A stretch of 46,964 nt of DNA from a virus. The DNA lies in the IMG/VR virus record IMGVR_UViG_3300029720_000024; one strand, given 5' to 3'. A program made the position numbers and the translations under genes. Positions 40,780-46,964 of the stretch are shown one piece after another (the first letter of the stretch is position 1; every line of letters begins with the position of its first letter). The notes beneath the pieces are model-generated. The model ran no database searches. It was not told the origin of the DNA and saw only the letters and a program-made list of their open reading frames with translations.

Positions 40780-42194
40780 AGTATCCTACCTCCGCCGATA
40801 AGCTTAGTACCGGCAAATATATCATATCCCAGGGCATATGAAAGCGCGTCTATGCCGTGGTTGTCTGCGTCCTCCGGTATGTCTAACTTCTGTCCGGCGG
40901 AATCCGTTTTCCACCGATAAACCTTAAACTCTCCTATCAGGTTCACACATTTCTGGTCGATTATTATTTCATAGTCGTGCAACCAGTCTATTCTTCGGGT
41001 GATAGCGGACTTCGCCCCCTTGGCTTTGCCCTTCTTGCATTTGTCCGCATGGATACCCATCTCTTTAAGCTCTTTGATACGGTCAGGCTCCGCCGCGTCA
41101 CAGTACACTACATGCCCCAGTGCCTTATTGTAGATCAGCTCCCCGTATTGGCGGGTAGTGACCTCGTTCACGAATAATTCATCAAACACATATATCTTGT
41201 GGTTATGCTTATCCAGTGAACACTTGACGAAAGCGCAGGGGTGATTATATCCGAAGTCGCTGCCGACACGGATATTCCTAAATTCCCTGCCGGACAGGTC
41301 TGCAATATTCCAGTGCTTTCCGCGCTCGAACACGGTAGAACCTAATCTGCCAAAATTCCCTAACGTATCTACCCATAATCTTTGCCCGGTGGATTGCTCC
41401 CTTTTCTGAATATCTTCCTCGGTGAGAAAACGGTTGTCGGCATAGGTCGTTTTCAAAATAAAAACATCTGATCCTTCGACCACACCTCTTGCGGTCTTGT
41501 CTTTCAGGGTCAGAGCTTTCAGTTCGTCTATTGACTTCACATCGGGGTGATGCCACAAGGGTTCAAAAAAGACCTTATAAAGCCAGTGCGTTTCAGGGAA
41601 CGGGTTGAACGCCATTATTATCCTCTTGTTCGGCTGCGGTAGTCCTCTCAGCTTCGCGTCCTTATCAATACCTCTCAAACAGTTATCCAGAACCTCAAAA
41701 GCCTCATAGGAGGGACATTCATCGCCTTCTTCCATGAATATGTCGGTCAGTATACCCTTCTTTGGCTTCAATGACTTCAATCTCCGTGTTTCCTCTAACG
41801 CACCGAAGATTATCTGACGGCCATTATACAGGCAGGTAATGGTCATGGTAGACTTGTCAACGGAAAACTCGTCTGTAAGCCCCCATTCGTCTATTACAGA
41901 GATTATTTCATTAAAGCAAGAGGTTCTTAAGTCTACCTTGTAATAACGGCACACAAGCCAATTATGGCCGTTGTAGGTATCGGCTACTATCTCCCTTACA
42001 ATGTGGTTCGATTTGCCGGAGCCGCGTCCGCCGAAAATGAGCTGCACTCTCGCTTTCTCATCGAGGGTGCAGGCATACACATCGTTGAAATCGTCCTTGA
42101 GGATAAGGCGCGGTTCACCGTTACGCAGCTTGAAGTAGTAGACCACATCGTTAGGGTCAACATTATACTTGGCACAAATTGTGTAAATGTCCAT
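40776..42194 (-). CDS. terL: Terminase large subunit (PBSX/XtmB-like)
   Basis: Walker A GGRGSGKS, 472 aa, position. Confidence 0.85.
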   Translation of the reverse strand: MDIYTICAKYNVDPNDVVYYFKLRNGEPRLILKDDFNDVYACTLDEKARVQLIFGGRGSGKSNHIVREIVADTYNGHNWLVCRYYKVDLRTSCFNEIISVIDEWGLTDEFSVDKSTMTITCLYNGRQIIFGALEETRRLKSLKPKKGILTDIFMEEGDECPSYEAFEVLDNCLRGIDKDAKLRGLPQPNKRIIMAFNPFPETHWLYKVFFEPLWHHPDVKSIDELKALTLKDKTARGVVEGSDVFILKTTYADNRFLTEEDIQKREQSTGQRLWVDTLGNFGRLGSTVFERGKHWNIADLSGREFRNIRVGSDFGYNHPCAFVKCSLDKHNHKIYVFDELFVNEVTTRQYGELIYNKALGHVVYCDAAEPDRIKELKEMGIHADKCKKGKAKGAKSAITRRIDWLHDYEIIIDQKCVNLIGEFKVYRWKTDSAGQKLDIPEDADNHGIDALSYALGYDIFAGTKLIGGGRIL

Positions 42195-42468
42195 TTTGTG
42201 GGGGAGAAAAAATGTGCGGGGAGCTATATGTTTGGCGCGTTCCCCCTACAAAAACCACCCCCATGCCACCCCCTCCGATTATGCAGCATATACATACATT
42301 TTCGCGGTGTATAAACGGGGTTATTCAACAGCACTTTTGTATATATATACACAGTATGCAGGTACTAACCCCGTATTATACAACACTTTATACATTTTAC
42401 TTTATAACTATTCGTTAAACTACACTTTAACGAATACTTGGGCCGGAAATATGCAGACTATGCAGACG

Positions 42469-42930
42469 CTATACATCACCGCCAGACCGTCCAAAACCGC
42501 CCCTAATCACTCTATCAGCGTCGGCCTGGGCGACCTCTACCCGCACCCCGTCAATGTCCCCACAGCGGCTCAAAATAGCCAGCGCGGCGGCCGTAGAATC
42601 CCGTGCGTAGGGGGCGTTTAGGTTTTTTTGTAGCACAAGTTGCGCCCTTGCCCTCATGCGCTGGTAGAACTTATCATCCTGCGCGTTGCGCAGTGCGGTT
42701 TGCCTGTCCAGCTCCTCCGCAAACAAGGGGAACTCGTTGAACCACCGTGTTATATTGGATTTGTGCACCCCTACCTTTTGGGCTAACTCTGATTTGGTGT
42801 CTATATAATGGGTGCTGCCGTCCTCCTGCTCCTCACCCCATACCCATAACCGGATTGCTTTTTTTTGCTCCTCGGTGAGCTCTGGCCTCTGTCGTGGCTG
42901 GCCTCTATACTGATCTTTGCTGCTTGCCAT
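42469..42930 (-). CDS. terS: Terminase small subunit (HTH type)
   Basis: ..KSELAQKVGVHKSNITRWF... It is the first gene of the late operon. Confidence 0.6.
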   Translation of the reverse strand: MASSKDQYRGQPRQRPELTEEQKKAIRLWVWGEEQEDGSTHYIDTKSELAQKVGVHKSNITRWFNEFPLFAEELDRQTALRNAQDDKFYQRMRARAQLVLQKNLNAPYARDSTAAALAILSRCGDIDGVRVEVAQADADRVIRGGFGRSGGDV

Positions 42931-43157
42931 ACGTTACACCTCCTCAATACGCAACGGTAATCTATTTATTGCGATAGTTTATCCCCCCTTTATGGGGGAC
43001 TTTGACAATCTTTTCAATTTTTCTTTTTTTGTTTTTTCTCCGCCCCTTCGGGGGCTCGGTCTAATACTCCACGTTGATATTATAATAGGTATTTACCCCC
43101 ACTAACCCCCGCAGCAAAAGTTTTTGCCTTATTATTTTAGTTTGTTTATCTCTTTGG

Positions 43158-43186
43158 TTGACTTTTTAATCTGATGGGTATATAAT
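43158..43186 (+). promoter_or_regulatory. Consensus promoter P1: TTGACT, 17-nt spacer, TATAAT
   Basis: TTGACTttttaatctgatgggtaTATAATatagacat. Confidence 0.75.
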
Positions 43187-43210
43187 ATAGACATAACAAG
43201 AGAGGAGCAC

Positions 43211-43720
43211 ATGACAATGATGACGAGGGACGAGAACGTGATAGTATACGGCACAGCTGCCGACGGCATCAGGGCATGGCGCGGGTTAGCGTGGCGCGAT
43301 TACAACTGGGCTGGAGAAATAGTCAAGGAGTGCAAGGCGGGTAGCTGTGTGCCAGAGTTTGGGCATGATCACGATGACGAGATAGCGGCCACCATAGCCA
43401 ACATGATTAGGCCCTATGATTGCGATATATATATACGATTCGGCGAGTTACCGCGGGGAGGGCGGTCTACTAACTGGGCCACCGGCGAGACGGAGGCCGG
43501 CATATCCGCCTATGATACCACGTATGACGGGATAACGGGTTGCTACAAATGTTACGGCGCACTGCAGGGGGCGGAGATCAACTACCTGATGCGCGGAGCG
43601 AATATATATTTTGTGACTGGTGATGTGGTCGGCACCGGGAGCGATGGGGAGCCGCTGCTGGCAAACGTTAAAATAATTGCCGAGGCGCATGCATCCGAGA
43701 ATGGCTATAAGGCAGTATAA
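43211..43720 (+). CDS. Hypothetical protein
   Basis: 169-aa ORF downstream of P1 with a GAGAGGAG RBS. Confidence 0.55.
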   Translation: MTMMTRDENVIVYGTAADGIRAWRGLAWRDYNWAGEIVKECKAGSCVPEFGHDHDDEIAATIANMIRPYDCDIYIRFGELPRGGRSTNWATGETEAGISAYDTTYDGITGCYKCYGALQGAEINYLMRGANIYFVTGDVVGTGSDGEPLLANVKIIAEAHASENGYKAV

Positions 43721-43796
43721 CGCAGAGTGACGCCCGCAAGGGCGGTAATGCGGCAGGCCGGTCACAAGCCCGGCGGCAAAAAGGAGGATGCGAAAC

Positions 43797-44270
43797 ATGA
43801 CAGACAACACGGTTAAGGCCCTGGGTCGGGCGTATGGTATAATGGCGGCGCAGCTCCCCGACATCATCGGGGCGCACTGCCGGGTGCAAACAGCTAATAT
43901 GTGGCCCATCCGTGGGCTGGGTGAGGGCTTGCGGTATATGATTATTAACCGCAAGCTCACCCCGGAGGTCGATAGAGCCATACGGGACGCGCTGCAAGGC
44001 GCGGAGGATATAACCGAGGACGAGCACGCGCTGCCGCTCAACCAACAAGGCATGTGGGAGCTTGCCTATATGCAGGGCCGGTGCGCCCCCGTGCTCGGTG
44101 ACGGCGAGTATTTGCGGGATCAGTTCAAGGCCCGTGGTCTGACGTTGGAGCAGGCCGCCGAAGCCTGTGAGGTAAGCAAGGCCGCAGTGCATTCGTGGTG
44201 CGCCGGGGTCAAACCGATACCCCACGCGCGGCGGGAACTGCTCGCGGCAAAGTTTGGGATAATGATATAA
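43797..44270 (+). CDS. Hypothetical protein with a C-terminal XRE-like HTH
   Basis: ..RGLTLEQAAEACEVSKAAVHSWCAG... AAGGAGG lies 9 nt before the ATG at 43797. Confidence 0.55.
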   Translation: MTDNTVKALGRAYGIMAAQLPDIIGAHCRVQTANMWPIRGLGEGLRYMIINRKLTPEVDRAIRDALQGAEDITEDEHALPLNQQGMWELAYMQGRCAPVLGDGEYLRDQFKARGLTLEQAAEACEVSKAAVHSWCAGVKPIPHARRELLAAKFGIMI

Positions 44271-44296
44271 GAGGGCTATATCAGCCCTCTTTTTTC
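44270..44296. terminator. Bidirectional hairpin terminator shared by convergent genes
   Basis: AGAGGGCTatatcAGCCCTCT followed by TTTTT. The 3' arm encodes the end of the RHH gene. Confidence 0.7.
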
Positions 44297-44460
44297 ATGT
44301 CCGCATATATCAGATCGGTTATATAGGCGTTAATGCTCTTTCCTATTTTTTCCGCCCGTTGTTTTATTTTTTCTTTTTCTCCTGCTTTTACTGTGATGTC
44401 AAGTCGTTCATACATTTTCGCATTGTATTTTCTTTTTGCCCTCGTTGCTGATGTGCCCAT
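44281..44460 (-). CDS. Ribbon-helix-helix protein (59 aa)
   Basis: Hand translation gives MGTSATRAKRKYNAKMYERLDITVKAGEKEKIKQRAEKIGKSINAYITDLIYADMKKEG, with GGAGGTGA before the ATG. Confidence 0.55.
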   Translation of the reverse strand: MGTSATRAKRKYNAKMYERLDITVKAGEKEKIKQRAEKIGKSINAYITDLIYADMKKEG

Positions 44461-44478
44461 GTTATCACCTCCGCAAAC

Positions 44479-44507
44479 ATTATATCATTTCTGGCATACT
44501 GCCGCAA
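44479..44507 (-). promoter_or_regulatory. Promoter for the RHH gene: TTGCGG, 17-nt spacer, TATAAT
   Basis: The minus strand reads TTGCGGcagtatgccagaaatgaTATAAT. Confidence 0.6.
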
Positions 44508-44551
44508 GTATATCTTTCTAATTCTTTAAGGCTTTTCCCTTAATATTTCAG

Positions 44552-44580
44552 TTGACTATATACTCCCGTAAGTATATAAT
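44552..44580 (+). promoter_or_regulatory. Consensus promoter P2: TTGACT, 17-nt spacer, TATAAT
   Basis: TTGACTatatactcccgtaagtaTATAATagagacat. It shares gtaTATAATa(t)agacat with P1. Confidence 0.75.
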
Positions 44581-44624
44581 AGAGACATCGAAAGGGGAAC
44601 CACCCCGAACAATGGAGGTACAAA

Positions 44625-44774
44625 ATGATCGAAATAAAAAATATTCTCAACAGTCTGCGCGATAGTGTTTTATCTGGCGAGATCACACTTTATGAGGCGG
44701 CTGAAGAATTGAATGAAAGCGGATGGACAAATTTTATTGACGAGGAAAAAACCCGCAGTCTCCTCAAACTGTGA
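44625..44774 (+). CDS. Small hypothetical protein (49 aa)
   Basis: Hand translation gives MIEIKNILNSLRDSVLSGEITLYEAAEELNESGWTNFIDEEKTRSLLKL, with AATGGAGGT before the ATG. Confidence 0.45.
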   Translation: MIEIKNILNSLRDSVLSGEITLYEAAEELNESGWTNFIDEEKTRSLLKL

Positions 44775-44791
44775 ACAATGGAGGTTATAAA

Positions 44792-45103
44792 ATGAAATAC
44801 CACAAGATAAAGAATGTTGATAAGAGCGTATGCACCGCAGAACAGAAAATCGCGTATAATTTGGCATGGTATGAATGCTTTGGGGTAAGGGAGAACTTAA
44901 CCGCCGATGATTGCGAAAACGTTATAGAGGGCTGCATGAAACACTGGAGCCGCGAGATTGCCAAATGCCCTAAATCCGCACGATATGATTCGGACGCTAT
45001 TTTAGCATCGCTGAACGCCGGAATGAGAAACTATATCGCATCAGGTTTCCGCATCCCCTTCAGTTATGAGGCGGTCGGCGAAATGTTCCCCGCTACTATC
45101 TGA
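44792..45103 (+). CDS. Hypothetical protein
   Basis: AATGGAGGT RBS before the ATG at 44792. 103 aa. Confidence 0.55.
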   Translation: MKYHKIKNVDKSVCTAEQKIAYNLAWYECFGVRENLTADDCENVIEGCMKHWSREIAKCPKSARYDSDAILASLNAGMRNYIASGFRIPFSYEAVGEMFPATI

Positions 45104-45133
45104 AATAAAAGTAGGACAATTATGGAGGAAACA

Positions 45134-46243
45134 ATGAGAATAAGTGATTTACCATTCGGAAGCAACATCAAAATCCCCGAGCGCCGCGAAGATAGAACCT
45201 TTAAGCTGGCGGACTACACCCTGGGCTTCTTCGGCGCAGGCACCGCCGGGCTTATCCGCAAAGACATATATGATAACCGTGTCTGGGTTGGCAACAGCGC
45301 GGAGTACGCCGGATCAAACCTGGACAAACGCATGACGGAAATATACAACAGCTACCCCGCCGAACTTAAAGAGCTGATTATCCCCAGCACGATTCCGTTA
45401 TATAACGGCAACGGCGCCGAGGATATAACCCGCAAGGTGTTTGCCCCCACGTTGACCATGGTAGGCTGCGGCGACAACCACGGCGTAGAAGAAGGTTTCA
45501 CATGGCCTATATTTACCGATCAGAATAGCCGAATAAAGACCTTTAACGGCTTTGAAAGCAATTGGTGGCTTTCCTCGCAGTACTCCTCTGACGATGACTG
45601 GTTCGTCCGCACGGACGGCTCCGCCAAAAACATTCGCTCGTATATTGATTTCGGAGTTGTCCCCGCTTTTGTAATCCCCCAATCGGTACAGATTGACGAC
45701 ACACCGGACAAGGACGGCAGCTACAGATTGACGGTGCTGAATTCCGGCAAATATCTGTACGGGGCCGAGCTGTCAAAGGCGATTCGGGAGGAGCTGAAGC
45801 GTCAGGGCATTAAGGGCGTAACGGTGAGCTGTAAGACCTACTCCGGCGGGCAGTCCGTAAGAGTTAGGGTCAACGCTACCGCGACCGACTTCGTGAGCCG
45901 TGACGAATACATTAATAATTATAGCTGTAACGATATAGGTTACTGGCTTTATACTGAGGACGGCGAACAGATACACCGTGAAAAATGGTTTGCATTAGAC
46001 GGAGACGAGCAGCAGCGCACGCTCCGCAGCCATGCCGCCCGCGAGTATGATTTTTACATCTCCGGCAGTCACGACATTAACCATTACAAGATTGAGAACA
46101 GTAAAATCTATACTGAGGCGTTTCGCGCTAAACTGAGCCGGATTAACGCTGTGCTGGATACATTCCACTACGATGACAGTAACAGCATGGTTGATTATTT
46201 CGACACTAATTTTTACCGCAATATAACGGTTGTGGCGGCGTAA
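45134..46243 (+). CDS. DUF6273-like N-domain fused to a polyvalent-protein-type (LPD-like) C-terminal domain
   Basis: The N-terminal ~200 aa are paralogous to 2276..2902. C-terminal ..AIREELKRQGIKGVTVSCKTYSGGQSVRVRV... The same GGAGGAAACA ATG start region is shared. Confidence 0.6.
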   Translation: MRISDLPFGSNIKIPERREDRTFKLADYTLGFFGAGTAGLIRKDIYDNRVWVGNSAEYAGSNLDKRMTEIYNSYPAELKELIIPSTIPLYNGNGAEDITRKVFAPTLTMVGCGDNHGVEEGFTWPIFTDQNSRIKTFNGFESNWWLSSQYSSDDDWFVRTDGSAKNIRSYIDFGVVPAFVIPQSVQIDDTPDKDGSYRLTVLNSGKYLYGAELSKAIREELKRQGIKGVTVSCKTYSGGQSVRVRVNATATDFVSRDEYINNYSCNDIGYWLYTEDGEQIHREKWFALDGDEQQRTLRSHAAREYDFYISGSHDINHYKIENSKIYTEAFRAKLSRINAVLDTFHYDDSNSMVDYFDTNFYRNITVVAA

Positions 46244-46279
46244 AGCCGCCCCCGCCGTATGATTTTAAGGAGGTACAAT

Positions 46280-46507
46280 ATGAAAAACTTCTATATCGCG
46301 TTTTCTGCGCAGCAGAACGGGAAGTATTGGGCAGGGACTATGACAGTCAGCAGCGATGATAACATCATGAACATCTCGCGGAGGATCGCCGGAATGCAGG
46401 CCGCTAACCTCTGCGCAACAAGAAAAGCCGCTAAAGAGCTGGCGGATTGTTGGAATGAGTGCTTCAGACGTAACGGGACGAGCATTTACACGGAGGGCAT
46501 AGCATGA
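46280..46507 (+). CDS. Hypothetical protein
   Basis: TAAGGAGG before the ATG at 46280. MKNFYIAFSAQQNGKYWAG... Confidence 0.55.
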   Translation: MKNFYIAFSAQQNGKYWAGTMTVSSDDNIMNISRRIAGMQAANLCATRKAAKELADCWNECFRRNGTSIYTEGIA

Positions 46508-46689
46508 TGCGTTATCAGGTTATTATATGGACAAGGGGCGAGGGGCACGACGAGCGGCGGGAGTTTAGTACCCTCGCCCAAGCTCGCGCCGCCGCCCGTA
46601 TCTACCGCCGAGAATGTGACGGCGTGGGGATATATGATTTCCGGCTTGGGGTCGTGCGGGAGACCTTAGGACGGTTTCCCGATATATGA
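46504..46689 (+). CDS. Small hypothetical protein. Its 3' end overlaps the glycosyltransferase 3' end by 24 nt.
   Basis: 61-aa ORF whose ATGA start overlaps the upstream stop. Confidence 0.45.
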   Translation: MMRYQVIIWTRGEGHDERREFSTLAQARAAARIYRRECDGVGIYDFRLGVVRETLGRFPDI

Positions 46690-46964
46690 TTGCATGATTT
46701 TCACATTCTGCATGATTCTTTCATCAGGGCCGTACATCAACGCATGATTTGCCGCTTCCAGAGCGTCCCTATAGCGGCCTACGTTACAATAGGCTATGGA
46801 CAGCATATCAAACGGCAGCGGCCCCCACGGGTCAGGCTCACAAATGTATGATAGCGGCCTTTCCCGTATGTTTACGCATGATTCACCGTACCAAATGCAT
46901 GATTTCCAGTTTTTGGCATGATACATGATTTTCATCATTTCAAACCATGCTTCACGGTATTCGG
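46666..46964 (-). CDS. 3' part of the same glycosyltransferase-TPR CDS (46866-46964 duplicates 1-99)
   Basis: The track ORF MMKIMYHAKNWKS..ERPLSYICEPDPWGPLPFDMLSIAYCNVGRYRDALEAANHALMYGPDE is TPR-like and in frame with the 5' part. Confidence 0.8.
   Translation of the reverse strand, partial: EYREAWFEMMKIMYHAKNWKSCIWYGESCVNIRERPLSYICEPDPWGPLPFDMLSIAYCNVGRYRDALEAANHALMYGPDERIMQNVKIMQSYIGKPS
46684..46964 (+). repeat. Motif cluster II: same-strand copies, mostly the GCATGATT variant. It continues through the junction into 1-67.
   Basis: The A of ATGATT falls at 46686, 46694, 46712 and 46744, then at 13, 34 and 60 (duplicated at 46878, 46899 and 46925). Confidence 0.9.
46866..46964. repeat. Second copy of the 99-bp terminal repeat (same as 1-99)
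   Basis: Base-for-base identity with 1-99 on reading. Confidence 0.95.

Noticed and set aside
42179-42621. Plus-strand ORFs (79 and 144 aa) in the terS-terL gap
   Set aside because: They run opposite to the late operon and have no RBS. The translations are low-complexity Tyr/Thr/Pro-rich, and they overlap terS in antisense. The region is better treated as non-coding.

Overview
The window is a complete, circularly closed temperate siphovirus-type phage or prophage genome. Bases 1-99 are identical to 46866-46964, so the unique length is 46,865 bp. GGAGG-type ribosome binding sites, an xPKTG sorting signal and an XhlA/holin/NlpC-P60 lysis cassette suggest a Firmicutes (Clostridia-like) host. 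All family names come from my memory of sequence patterns, because no database search was possible.

Module map:
- Early/replication operon, minus strand, about 14.2 kb. It starts at a near-consensus promoter at 14213-14240 and runs down through base 1, ending across the junction at 46666. It encodes small Cys-rich and HTH proteins, Gp157, a Sak/Rad52-like annealase, HNH, SSB, a replication-module protein with tandem repeats, DnaB, a resolvase, two MazG-like proteins, a Dam-like methyltransferase, DUF551, a lipoprotein, a sigma-like regulator, a DUF6273-like protein, an RHH protein, a BRO/KilAC antirepressor and a glycosyltransferase-TPR gene that spans the junction.
- Immunity region, 14280-17137. 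Nine small RHH/XRE genes alternate in strand, with three convergent 3' overlaps.
- Tyrosine integrase at 17230-18339, followed by a candidate attP.
- Six-gene cargo module of unknown function, minus strand, 20874-18553.
- Late operon, minus strand, 42930-20971: TerS, TerL, portal, gp7-like, scaffold, capsid, connectors, tail, chaperones, tape measure, Dit, Tal, a collagen-like fibre, accessory fibre genes, two morons and the lysis genes.
- Rightward block, plus strand, 43211-46689, driven by two near-identical consensus promoters.

Most unusual observation: a strand-specific array of 18 ATGATT cores (G[T/C]ATGATT[T/C]) runs through the glycosyltransferase CDS in all three codon phases, which implies a DNA- or RNA-level signal laid over the coding sequence.

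Other points worth a second look:
- inverted DUF6273-like paralogs bracketing that region
- a 9-nt poly-G/C tract controlling a coupled leader ORF in the fibre locus
- terminator-bracketed morons, one of them inside the tail module
- the Cys-rich cargo operon
- heptad and 30-bp tandem repeats in the replication gene (candidate ori)
- a structured 274-bp gap between terS and terL
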